Virus record (IMG/VR): IMGVR_UViG_3300045988_062794 | DNA from: a virus | Direction: 5' to 3' (one strand) | DNA length: 64,000 nt | In this document: one piece after another, positions 33,597 through 42,387 of the stretch | How positions within the stretch are numbered: the first letter of the stretch is position 1 | Layout of the letters: each line of letters begins with the position of its first letter | Translations under genes and position numbers: made by a program | Notes under the pieces: model-generated | Told to the model about the DNA's origin: nothing | The model's database searches: none | Seen by the model: only the letters and a program-made list of their open reading frames with translations

Positions 33597-34533
33597 TGCT
33601 CCTTTATCATTTAGACATATTTCAGAAGTAGCTAAAGAAACTCTGGAATATATAGATTTACGTAGGAAACACGAAATTGAACCTCTAATTACAAGATGGA
33701 GAAAATTCAATAGAGTTTGTAGTATAGAACCTGGTACTATTTACACTATAGTAGGAGCATCAGGATCTGGTAAATCAGCATTTGCGAGCATGTTAGAAAA
33801 TGATTTTTGTAGTTTAAATCCTAATAAAGATATTATTATCTTGTCTTTTTCATTTGAAATGCTTTCAAGCCGACAAGTAGGTAGAAAGATAAGCGGTAAA
33901 TTAGGTGTTACTACTAATACCTTATATAGCGGTGAAGGAGATATTTCAGATACTGAATTTGAGACCATAGAAGCGGTTGCAAATGATTTATCTAAATATC
34001 CTATCTACTATGTAGATACAGCTGCAAATGTAGCTCAAATAGCTGCTACAATAGCTAAATTTCAAGAGGAAATGGCAAAAGATAAATGGTTAGTAATAGT
34101 ACTTGACCACACTCTCTTAGTACGCGGAAAAAGCGAAGAGAATGCTTTATCTATTATTAGAGATTTACAGAACTGTTTTATTAATGCAAAGAAGGTAGGT
34201 TGCACTACAATAATTCAGCTCTCTCAAATGAATAGGAACATTGAGTCTCCTGATCGAATTAATAACCCATCCTGTCACTATCCTATGAGAAGTGACATTT
34301 CATCTGCTGATGCTATTTTTCAAGGTAGTGATGTTGTGTTAGTAATAGCCCGTCCAGAAACTTTAGGCTTTACTATATATGGTCCTCATCGATTACCAGT
34401 ACAAAATAAGATCTATATTCACATTTTAAAGAATCGTGAAGGTCAATTAGCAATTTTAGATTTTGAAAACGACCTAGCACACAATAACATTATTGAAATA
34501 GATAGACAAGCAGAAGCTAATCCTACCGATTAG
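33577..34533 (+). CDS. DnaB-like replicative helicase (RecA-like C-terminal domain only)
   Basis: Walker A GASGSGKS, Walker B VIVLDHTLL, and a DnaB-type LSQMNRNIE motif. Confidence 0.7.
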   Translation: MEQPLYNAPLSFRHISEVAKETLEYIDLRRKHEIEPLITRWRKFNRVCSIEPGTIYTIVGASGSGKSAFASMLENDFCSLNPNKDIIILSFSFEMLSSRQVGRKISGKLGVTTNTLYSGEGDISDTEFETIEAVANDLSKYPIYYVDTAANVAQIAATIAKFQEEMAKDKWLVIVLDHTLLVRGKSEENALSIIRDLQNCFINAKKVGCTTIIQLSQMNRNIESPDRINNPSCHYPMRSDISSADAIFQGSDVVLVIARPETLGFTIYGPHRLPVQNKIYIHILKNREGQLAILDFENDLAHNNIIEIDRQAEANPTD

Positions 34534-34556
34534 TTAAATTTAAAAAATAGACTGAC

Positions 34557-35039
34557 ATGAAAGATTTTATTATCTCTTTGAATAATTCTAATAAGAATTC
34601 TAATTATAGTGCTTATACGCAGAATCTTTTTGACAAAGCTACAAGTTTTGTACCGTATTTTAAAAGTTCCTTTCTGGATCGGCGAACGAGTAATACGGAA
34701 GATTTTGTTTATACTCTTCCTTTTAGTTTGAAAACAAACAAGAGTTCTTTGTATGACGCAGCTTATCGCTTTAAGAAAATTCAGCGTGATCTTGACGCAT
34801 TCGAAGCATGGCAGCGTGCAATTAACGCAATGAAAGCATATCGGAATTATCGTGGAGAAGAAAGCTATGATGCTCTTGTTAACGGCATCCCGGCTAACTT
34901 TTTTGGTGATTTTGTACAGATCGGAGATGTTGTAATTCCGACCTATGCAAATCGTGATTATTTTCGCTCGTTATCACGAGAAACTCGTACAACAATTATT
35001 AATGTTTCAATTACTATTGTTAACGTTTTTGCAATATAA
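34557..35039 (+). CDS. hypothetical protein (160 aa), G+C-richer coding
   Basis: ORF. Confidence 0.5.
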   Translation: MKDFIISLNNSNKNSNYSAYTQNLFDKATSFVPYFKSSFLDRRTSNTEDFVYTLPFSLKTNKSSLYDAAYRFKKIQRDLDAFEAWQRAINAMKAYRNYRGEESYDALVNGIPANFFGDFVQIGDVVIPTYANRDYFRSLSRETRTTIINVSITIVNVFAI

Positions 35040-35118
35040 TATTAACAAACTTACTATCTCAGAAATTTTCAAAACTTGACAAACATTATCATACTATGTA
35101 AGTAATAAAATCTAATTT

Positions 35119-35856
35119 ATGATAGTATTACCTACTGAAAAAGTAAAAGCTAAGGTATCTAATCCAAGATTCCTTATCATTTTTGGCAAACCTAAGTCAG
35201 GCAAGACTACTATAGTAAGTGAACTAGAGAATAACTTAATCATTGATCTTGAAGGTGGTTCTCAGTTCTTAGATGCACTTAGTGTTCAAGCTCGTAATGT
35301 AGCAGATTTAGGCGAAATTGCAGCTGCAATTCGTCAAAAGAACAAAGAGTGTAATGGCTTCTTTTATAAACATATTACTATTGATAATGCAACACGCTTA
35401 GAAGAGATGACGTTAAGTTATGCTCTTACTTTGTATAATCAGACTCCAATGGGTAAATCCTATAGAGGTGATGTTCGTATGTTGCCTAATGGCGCTGGTT
35501 GGTTCTATATCAGACAGGCTGTAAGAAAAGTTATCGATATGTTTCGCGAATTATGCGAAGAATTTATCTTAGTAGGTCATACTAAAGATAAATTAGTCAA
35601 TAAAGAAGGTGAAGAACTTTCCGAAATGCAGTTAGATTTAGCTGGTAGACTAAGTGATATCATCTGTGGTGAAGCAGATGCTATTGGATATGTTTATAGA
35701 AAGAAAAACCAAACTCTCATATCTTTTCAAGGTGGAGAGAATAATATAGTAGAAGCGAGAGCACCTCATCTTAGAGGTAAAACAGTTGTTATTGCAGAAA
35801 GTGACGAATCTGGCAAAATAACTACTGATTGGAATAAAATATATTTGCCTAACTAA
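35119..35856 (+). CDS. Sak4-like/AAA_24-type P-loop ATPase
   Basis: Walker A FGKPKSGKT near the N-terminus, Walker-B-like ITIDNATR, and VGHTKDK. Adjacent to an SSB-like gene. Confidence 0.5.
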   Translation: MIVLPTEKVKAKVSNPRFLIIFGKPKSGKTTIVSELENNLIIDLEGGSQFLDALSVQARNVADLGEIAAAIRQKNKECNGFFYKHITIDNATRLEEMTLSYALTLYNQTPMGKSYRGDVRMLPNGAGWFYIRQAVRKVIDMFRELCEEFILVGHTKDKLVNKEGEELSEMQLDLAGRLSDIICGEADAIGYVYRKKNQTLISFQGGENNIVEARAPHLRGKTVVIAESDESGKITTDWNKIYLPN

Positions 35857-35870
35857 AAATTAAGAATAGT

Positions 35871-36503
35871 ATGTATAGTTCAAGTAGAGCAAAACAAATT
35901 GAAAAGAAGGATGTAGCATTTTTGTCTGCTGGCATTCATGATGATGTATTCCTTACAGGAGTACGATATGGTACATCAGTACAAGGTAGAAATTTTATTG
36001 AGTTTAAGTTTGTTAAAGATAACAGAACTATGACTCATACAGAATGGGAACCACGTCGTACAACAAGTACAGGAGAAAATCTTCCTGATGATGTATTCTA
36101 TGCTAAAGTAGATAATCAGTGGGAAAGAATTAAAGAAATCCTTATTTGTTATTATAAGGAAGAAGAACTCCAGTACGAAGAAGAAGGCGGATTTAAAGAA
36201 TACGCACAGTGGGTAATTGATAAGTTATCTACTGAAAAAGTTAAGACGACTCCTGTTCGTATTAAAGCTGTATATAGTAAAACTGGCTATATTTCTTTAC
36301 CACAGTATGCAAAGTATACATTTATCGAACCGATGTCTACAGTAAATGAAGGCAAATCTGTTATCGTTAAATTAGGTATTGATTTATTTGAAAAACCAGT
36401 AGTAGCTGATACAGAATCTTCTACAGCTAATCCTTTTCAGGTAGTAAATGGAACATTAGATAATACATCACAACAGAATAATGTTGATGATTTGCCGTTT
36501 TAG
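35871..36503 (+). CDS. single-stranded DNA-binding protein-like
   Basis: The C-terminus ends ...NNVDDLPF, the canonical acidic SSB tail (D-D-[IL]-P-F). Sits in the replication module. Confidence 0.55.
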   Translation: MYSSSRAKQIEKKDVAFLSAGIHDDVFLTGVRYGTSVQGRNFIEFKFVKDNRTMTHTEWEPRRTTSTGENLPDDVFYAKVDNQWERIKEILICYYKEEELQYEEEGGFKEYAQWVIDKLSTEKVKTTPVRIKAVYSKTGYISLPQYAKYTFIEPMSTVNEGKSVIVKLGIDLFEKPVVADTESSTANPFQVVNGTLDNTSQQNNVDDLPF

Positions 36504-36522
36504 GCATACCAATATAGAAATT

Positions 36523-36559
36523 GGGGGGGGGGTAACAAAAGTTATCCTCCCTTTTTATT
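36523..36559 (+). terminator. terminator-like hairpin built on a G10 homopolymer
   Basis: GGGGGGGGGG (36523-36532) ... CCTCCC (36546-36551) followed by TTTTT. Confidence 0.45.
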
Positions 36560-36578
36560 AACTTTAAAACGAATCAAT

Positions 36579-37889
36579 ATGTTAGATTATCAAACTATAG
36601 ACGAAACAATCAAAGCAACACTTTTAGATAAGAAAGGTTCAGGTGCAACTCCTAAGGTAAAAACAGGTGGTTATGATGTATCTAGTGGTTTTCTTGCTAT
36701 GTTACAGAAAACATTAGAAAGTCAAGTAAAAAAAACAAGTAAAAAAGCAAGTGAAGCATTACAAGAATCATCAAGTGATTCTTTAACTTCTAAGACAAAT
36801 CCAAAAGAACTTGAAGTTGGAGACCAGTTCTTTGGTAGTATTACCACTACTAAAAAGAATGAAGCTGGTAAAAAGTCCAGATATAAACCTATTGATTATT
36901 GGAAAGTAATCAAAAAGGAAAAAAATGAAGCTACCGGAAATACTAGTTTTACTGTAGAAAATCCTAAAGGAGAAAAATATAAAACTTCTCCTGGTGGCAT
37001 AAATATGCAGAATCCTAGTGAACATCAGGAGAAACTACGAAAACTTGCTGAAAAGCTTAAAGCTGAAGAAGAGGAAAAGAAACGTAAAGCTGAAGAAGAA
37101 GCAAAGATGATAGATATGTCTAAACTTCAGCCTCACGAACAGCTTAAAAAGCTTATTGAAGCAGGTATGCGTAACATCTGGATGGTAGGTCCTGCAGGCT
37201 GTGGTAAATCTACTATGGCTCGTATGACTGCAAAAGAACTGAATTTACCTTACTTGTGTATATCTTGTGGTATTGGAACATCTGCTACAGAGTTCCTTGG
37301 ATATAAATATCCTACTCGAGAAAGCACAAAGTTTGCTGAATACTACGCAAAGCCATCTATTATCTTGATTGATGAGATGACAGCATTAGACCCTGCGGTA
37401 GGTCAAGTCCTAAATGCCGCTCTTGCTAACGATGAGATAGAGACTACTACTGGTTTAGTTAGTCGTAACCCCGAGTGTATCATCATTGCTACTTCTAATA
37501 CATTTGGCAGTGGTGCGAGTCGACAGTATGTGGCTAACAATCAATTAGACGCATCTACTATTGACCGATTCATCGGAGGCATTATAGAAGTTGACTATTC
37601 TGTAGATTACGAAAGTCAATATGATGTTGATGTAGTAAACTACGTTTGGAAACTTCGTGAGTGTATCAAAGCTTGTAACATACGTCGTATTGCGTCTACG
37701 CGTATGATTCAATCTGGTACCCGTATGAAGAAGGCTTATTTCAAAAATTGGAAGGACATGCTAATCTGTAACTGGACTGATACCGAAAGGGAAATGGTCA
37801 AGAAGTTCTTTACTCCAGAGAATAAAGAACGAATTACAGAGAGTAAAGAATTAGATTCTTCTGGAAGAACTAAAGTATTTTTTGGATAA
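36579..37889 (+). CDS. AAA_5/MoxR-like ATPase with K/E-rich N-terminal half
   Basis: Walker A GPAGCGKS, Walker B ILIDEMTALD, and downstream IIIATSN. Confidence 0.6.
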   Translation: MLDYQTIDETIKATLLDKKGSGATPKVKTGGYDVSSGFLAMLQKTLESQVKKTSKKASEALQESSSDSLTSKTNPKELEVGDQFFGSITTTKKNEAGKKSRYKPIDYWKVIKKEKNEATGNTSFTVENPKGEKYKTSPGGINMQNPSEHQEKLRKLAEKLKAEEEEKKRKAEEEAKMIDMSKLQPHEQLKKLIEAGMRNIWMVGPAGCGKSTMARMTAKELNLPYLCISCGIGTSATEFLGYKYPTRESTKFAEYYAKPSIILIDEMTALDPAVGQVLNAALANDEIETTTGLVSRNPECIIIATSNTFGSGASRQYVANNQLDASTIDRFIGGIIEVDYSVDYESQYDVDVVNYVWKLRECIKACNIRRIASTRMIQSGTRMKKAYFKNWKDMLICNWTDTEREMVKKFFTPENKERITESKELDSSGRTKVFFG

Positions 37890-37901
37890 ATTATGTGAAG
37901 T

Positions 37902-38711
37902 ATGGGTAAAAAATTGACTGTACATTTTGATTCTCTCGAAAAGTTTTACACGGAGTGTGAAATTGTCGAAGATACTGGGACTAAAGGTCATTATGATGAA
38001 ATTTGTAATGAAGATGACCCAGGTTGGAAAGGTTTATCTCTTGAGGAAATACAAAAAGCAAAATATTTCTATAATAAAGGCTTAGACAAACTTGAGTCTT
38101 TAACTCAAGAGATGCAATTAGGTGGCTCTGGAAAATCCTATAAATGGGATGAAAACGATGGTGATGAGCTTAATTATGATCGTTTTCTCGAAGGGCTACC
38201 TTGCCTTAAAAAGCGAGTAAAGAAATTAGGTAATAAAAATGGTAAATTTATACGATTACATATTGGGATAGGTGAAAACTGGATGGTAACAGCAGAAGAT
38301 ATGCTTTACAAGTCCTATACAGCTATTAAATTAGCAGATTACCTTGAACAACAAGGGTATCGTGTAGAAATTTCTACGTTTGCTGAGGTTGCAGATTTAG
38401 GTCGATTCAAAGGTGAACAATTAGAGTATCTTATTACTGAGGTAATCATTAAAAAAGCAGAAGATCCACTGATACTACCTCAAATTCTTACTTGTATCTC
38501 TCCTTGGATGTTTAGATACCATGTGTTTAAGTTTTGGACAGCAAAATTTCAATGTAGGAGTGGTTTAGGCCATTCTATAGCTGCTAAACATAAGGAGACT
38601 AAAGAAGATATTTGGATTACATCAGGACAATGTCTTGATGAAAATTCAGCCAATCAAAAGATTGAGCAAATTATAAAACTCTTCGACAAAGAGCATGGGG
38701 ACGAAGATTAA
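37902..38711 (+). CDS. hypothetical protein (269 aa), partner position to the MoxR-like ATPase
   Basis: ORF. No MIDAS motif seen. Confidence 0.5.
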   Translation: MGKKLTVHFDSLEKFYTECEIVEDTGTKGHYDEICNEDDPGWKGLSLEEIQKAKYFYNKGLDKLESLTQEMQLGGSGKSYKWDENDGDELNYDRFLEGLPCLKKRVKKLGNKNGKFIRLHIGIGENWMVTAEDMLYKSYTAIKLADYLEQQGYRVEISTFAEVADLGRFKGEQLEYLITEVIIKKAEDPLILPQILTCISPWMFRYHVFKFWTAKFQCRSGLGHSIAAKHKETKEDIWITSGQCLDENSANQKIEQIIKLFDKEHGDED

Positions 38712-38830
38712 CGATTGCTCAGTAATGAGCGGACACCACTGGCATGGAGAAGGCAAACTTGAAAAGAGTGTGGAATCGTTAAATTGGCGATAAGGAAACT
38801 TATCTGGGGGTTCGAATCCCCCCTCGTTAC
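38708..38830 (+). ncRNA. tRNA-like element 6 (~123 nt): acceptor (6/7 bp), D-arm-like hairpin, large insertion, GAAA-capped stub, canonical T arm
   Basis: TTAACGA...TCGTTAC closure. D-like hairpin GCTC-AGTAAT-GAGC. ACAC...GTGT closes an insertion. Stub is GATAAG-GAAA-CTTATC. T arm is GGGGG-TTCGAAT-CCCCC. Confidence 0.45.
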
Positions 38831-38847
38831 ATTGTTTTTAAAAACAA

Positions 38848-38944
38848 AGGGAGTAAACACAATCTATTAATAATAGATAGATACGAAGATGTGTGAATGG
38901 ACCAGGTTTATACCTATGGAGCGGTTCGAGTCCGCTACTCCCAC
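38848..38944 (+). ncRNA. tRNA-like element 7 (97 nt): acceptor (6/7 bp), insertion hairpin, TTAT-capped stub, canonical T arm
   Basis: A-GGGAGT pairs with ACTCCC-A. ACAC(30-nt insert with palindrome ATCTATTA-A-TAATAGAT)GTGT. Stub is AGGT-TTAT-ACCT. T arm is AGCGG-TTCGAGT-CCGCT. Confidence 0.5.
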
Positions 38945-38961
38945 TATTAAAATTGTAGCAT

Positions 38962-39948
38962 ATGTATGATTCAAGAAGAGCAAATAAAGCAAAGGCAATA
39001 ACACTTGATTATATTTTATCAAGAGTATCAGAATATGATATATATGCTCGTTACTTAGGACAATTTAAAATAGGTTATATTTACAATAGTCCTTTTAGAG
39101 AGGATAAGAATCCCTCATTTGGTATATTCCATAGTAAAAAGACAGGTAAATTATTATTTAAAGATCATGGCAATGGTTTATGTGGTGATGTCATTAAATT
39201 TGTACAAGAATTTACTGGCATTACTAACTATAATGAGACATTAAACCAAATAGTCAAAGACCTTAATATAAAAAATAATACTATTTTAAAGAGTACTAAA
39301 GAACAAAAACCTACTGAGGAAACTGTAATAGGTGTAGTAAGACAAGATTTTACAGAAATTGACAAAAGTTATTGGTCACAGTTTCATATATCTATCGATA
39401 CTTTAAAACTATACAATGTAAATAGTATTAAATATTATTTATGTAACGGTATAGTAAAGGGTATATATAAAGATGAGAATCCTATGTATGCTTATAAAGT
39501 ATATGATCATTTCAAAATTTATAGACCTTTAGCAGATAAATACACTAAATGGCGTAATAATTTAACAGAGTATGATATACAAGGTTATGCTCAATTACCA
39601 GAAAAAGGTAATCTATTAATTATTACTAAATCTATGAAGGATGTAATGTGTCTTAAAGAGTTAGGGTATAATGCAATATCTCCCTCTTCTGAATCTACAT
39701 TCATACCAGATAACGCCTTAGAGGTATTAAAGAAGCGTTTTAAGCATATTTTAATATGTTTTGATAGAGATGCTCCTGGTATTAAAAATATGCGCAAAAT
39801 AAGCCTTAAAACAGGCTTAAATTGCTTTTTAGTGCATAAAAAGTTTAAAAGTAAAGACATTAGCGATGCTATAAAAAATAATAGTTTTGAAGCAATCCGC
39901 GAATGGCTAAACCAAACATTAAAAAGATATGAAGAATTTTCTAATTAA
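38962..39948 (+). CDS. DnaG-like DNA primase (degenerate zinc-finger region + Toprim)
   Basis: SPFREDKNPSFGIF...GLCGDVIKFV parallels the DnaG CPFHxEKTPSF...GCGxxGxxIxF. Toprim-like LLIITKSMKDVM and ICFDRDAPG. Confidence 0.7.
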   Translation: MYDSRRANKAKAITLDYILSRVSEYDIYARYLGQFKIGYIYNSPFREDKNPSFGIFHSKKTGKLLFKDHGNGLCGDVIKFVQEFTGITNYNETLNQIVKDLNIKNNTILKSTKEQKPTEETVIGVVRQDFTEIDKSYWSQFHISIDTLKLYNVNSIKYYLCNGIVKGIYKDENPMYAYKVYDHFKIYRPLADKYTKWRNNLTEYDIQGYAQLPEKGNLLIITKSMKDVMCLKELGYNAISPSSESTFIPDNALEVLKKRFKHILICFDRDAPGIKNMRKISLKTGLNCFLVHKKFKSKDISDAIKNNSFEAIREWLNQTLKRYEEFSN

Positions 39949-40201
39949 AGCTAAAAACAGTATTTGCACAGCAATTTCTTGGTTGTTTGCAATTCCAACA
40001 GTTCTTTTTCTATTGATCTCTGTATTCTTTGGTATTATTATGCATTTCTTTGATAAAGAGACAAATACTAAAATTAATCGTTTGATTAACAATCAAGCTG
40101 ATTCAAGTGAAAAACGCTTAGATGATAAGATTAAAGAACTTAAAGAATTAAAAAAGGAACTGTCTGAAATGGCAGATAAGATTGAAAAAGAACAATCATG
40201 A
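39929..40201 (+). CDS. small membrane/coiled-coil protein (90 aa)
   Basis: ORF with hydrophobic ISWLFAIPTVLFLLISVFFGIIM. Confidence 0.45.
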   Translation: MKNFLIKAKNSICTAISWLFAIPTVLFLLISVFFGIIMHFFDKETNTKINRLINNQADSSEKRLDDKIKELKELKKELSEMADKIEKEQS

Positions 40202-40330
40202 GTTTAGACATACTTAATACTACGTTAACCTGTAGTATTTTTGAATTAATATGTTTCTGCTTCTTATGCTGTACTATCAGCAACATAGTAAATCTTACTA
40301 CGTTCATGTTTATATTTAAATCATATATGC

Positions 40331-40735
40331 ATGATAAAGAAGAAGAAAAACTCAGTAAACAAAAAAGTCAAGAATGCTACTCCAATTCAGATAGACGGAA
40401 TATCATTCAAGAGTAAATTAGAAGGTTATGTTTACTCTAGACTTAAAGAAGAGAAGTTAAAAGCTGAATATGAACCTATTAAGTTTGAACTTATACCTTC
40501 ATTTCAGTTTCAAGATAAAAAAATTCGGCCTATGACTTATACTCCAGATTTTGTTGGTAACAACTTTATAATCGAAGCAAAAGGTAGGCCGAATGATGTG
40601 TTTCCTTATAAATGGAAGTTATTTATGTATTATCTTAAATTAAATAATTTAGATAAGAAATATATGCTTTTCATAGTACATAATCATAAGGAAACAGAAG
40701 AATGTATAAAGAAGATAAAAGCCTATGAAAACTAA
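40331..40735 (+). CDS. T7 endonuclease I-like Holliday-junction resolvase
   Basis: FKSKLEGYVYSRLKEEKLKAEYE...YTPDFVGNNFIIEAKG parallels T7 gp3 FRSGLEDKVSKQLESKGIKFEYE...YTPDFLLPNGIFVETKG (recalled from memory). Confidence 0.7.
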   Translation: MIKKKKNSVNKKVKNATPIQIDGISFKSKLEGYVYSRLKEEKLKAEYEPIKFELIPSFQFQDKKIRPMTYTPDFVGNNFIIEAKGRPNDVFPYKWKLFMYYLKLNNLDKKYMLFIVHNHKETEECIKKIKAYEN

Positions 40736-40835
40736 TATTTTGAATTTTGATCTCATTATTGATTTTGGTCCAAAAAGAGAATTTACCTTTATAGGATTAG
40801 AAGAAGAAAACAATGATGACGATGAAGACGGTTGA
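40725..40835 (+). CDS. 36-aa micro-ORF with acidic tail (MKTNILNFDLIIDFGPKREFTFIGLEEENNDDDEDG)
   Basis: Hand translation. It fills the gap between the resolvase and exonuclease genes, and its stop is 3 nt before the next ATG. Confidence 0.3.
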   Translation: MKTNILNFDLIIDFGPKREFTFIGLEEENNDDDEDG

Positions 40836-40837
40836 TT

Positions 40838-41857
40838 ATGGATTTAAGTATACCTTATTATGAAGATATGACGCGTATCTCTAACAGTAATTTAGGGATC
40901 TTTATAAAAAAGGGCCCAAGATGCTTGAAAGATACGTTAGACGGAACCGCTGAAGGTCTTAAAGCTAGTTATTTAGATAAAGGAACTATGATACATATGT
41001 ATATACTCCAACCAGATGAATTCTGGGCTCATTATCGAATATTAGACTTTGATACTCCAAGTAGTAAACAGCAACAATTATTTGCTGAGAATCTAGTTGG
41101 TACTGTAGAAATAGACCCTGATTTAGCCCTTATAAAGGCTTATTCAGCTGCTTATAGTACAAAAGGTAAGAGTAATGATAAAGTGCTCTTAGAAGCCAAG
41201 GAAATGGCTAAAAAGCTAGAGAACTATATTGAATATCTTAAGACTGAGAGGCAAACTGAGATGAAAGTAATATCGTTTGCAGATCTTCAGATGCTAAAAA
41301 CAATCAAGAGTAATCTTGAGAAGCATAAGAAAGCAAACGAATTACTATATAACTTACCAAATACGTGTGAACAAAACAATGAGTTTCACATAAATTGGGA
41401 ATTTCCAAAAACTTTCCAAAACTATCAGCTATCGTGTAAGTCTTTGTTAGATAGATTAATAATCGATCATACAGAGAAAAAGATTATCTTAGTAGACTTA
41501 AAAACTACTGCTGATGTAAACAATTTTAAGCATTCTATTGAAGAGTATGACTATCGTAGACAATTAGCTTACTATTGGTTAGCTATTCATTGGTACTTTA
41601 AGTACGAATTACAAAAAGATATTGCTGAATATACTTATGAAACATATATCATTGCTATACAAAGCAATAATGGTTATGAAGTAAAAGTATTTAAGTTTAC
41701 ACCAGAATCTATTGAAGCAAAACTTACGTTAATATCAGATACTATCGAACAAATCTGTTGGCACAAACAGAACAATTTATGGGATTACTCTCGTAATTAC
41801 TATGAGGGAGATGGATCAGAGATATACAATGAATGCTGTGATAGCTCTATTCTTTAA
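40838..41857 (+). CDS. PD-(D/E)xK RecB/Cas4-like exonuclease (start at ATG 40838)
   Basis: LLDRLIID...IILVDLKTT (D...D/ExK) and YRRQLAYY (QxxxY). Confidence 0.55.
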   Translation: MDLSIPYYEDMTRISNSNLGIFIKKGPRCLKDTLDGTAEGLKASYLDKGTMIHMYILQPDEFWAHYRILDFDTPSSKQQQLFAENLVGTVEIDPDLALIKAYSAAYSTKGKSNDKVLLEAKEMAKKLENYIEYLKTERQTEMKVISFADLQMLKTIKSNLEKHKKANELLYNLPNTCEQNNEFHINWEFPKTFQNYQLSCKSLLDRLIIDHTEKKIILVDLKTTADVNNFKHSIEEYDYRRQLAYYWLAIHWYFKYELQKDIAEYTYETYIIAIQSNNGYEVKVFKFTPESIEAKLTLISDTIEQICWHKQNNLWDYSRNYYEGDGSEIYNECCDSSIL

Positions 41858-42314
41858 TGCTTCATATGTAAATCTTGTATTGTATAAGTATACAAAGTAT
41901 TGGATAAAAGATAACAATATCTATATAGACTACAAAGGCCTATCATACTTAGAGTATACAAATATGGTACAAAAAGTTAGTAATCACAAACTATTTATAG
42001 GTAAGTATCGTTATAAAGGAGAAATAGATTACCATACAGTATTTATTCTCCGAATAAACCCAACACAGAGAAGATTGATATCACTGGTAGAGAATAAGTA
42101 TTATCACTTACTATCAGATGAAGTAAAGAAACAAATATTTATATTTACTTCGGTATATTCAATTGACTCTAATAAAACCGATAGAACTATGATAGTGTTT
42201 GAAGATATAAACTTAGAAAGTAAGAATGAAGTATTCACACTCGATATAATCGAGGAACAAGATATAAATATTCAGATTAGCCCATGTTTAGAAGATATGA
42301 GTTACTTTGAATAG
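41802..42314 (+). CDS. hypothetical protein (170 aa; start uncertain, overlaps previous gene)
   Basis: Last ORF of the plus-strand block. Confidence 0.45.
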   Translation: MREMDQRYTMNAVIALFFNASYVNLVLYKYTKYWIKDNNIYIDYKGLSYLEYTNMVQKVSNHKLFIGKYRYKGEIDYHTVFILRINPTQRRLISLVENKYYHLLSDEVKKQIFIFTSVYSIDSNKTDRTMIVFEDINLESKNEVFTLDIIEEQDINIQISPCLEDMSYFE

Positions 42315-42353
42315 TCGCTGTAATTTAGTTGTTTTAATATTAATTGTAAAAAG

Positions 42354-42385
42354 AAAGGGGACCGTTGTGAAACGCTCCCCTTTTT
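42354..42385. terminator. bidirectional intrinsic terminator between convergent blocks
   Basis: AAAGGGGA-C-CGTT-GTGA-AACG-C-TCCCCTTT flanked by an A-run upstream and a T-run downstream. The inner helix is capped by a GNRA loop. Confidence 0.7.
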
Positions 42386-42387
42386 GT

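Noticed and set aside
40198-40416. 72-codon plus-strand ORF overlapping the resolvase gene start by 86 nt
   Set aside because: The hydrophobic N-terminus could be real. However, the overlap with a well-supported gene and the lack of an alternative resolvase start make the boundaries unreliable, so it was left unannotated.
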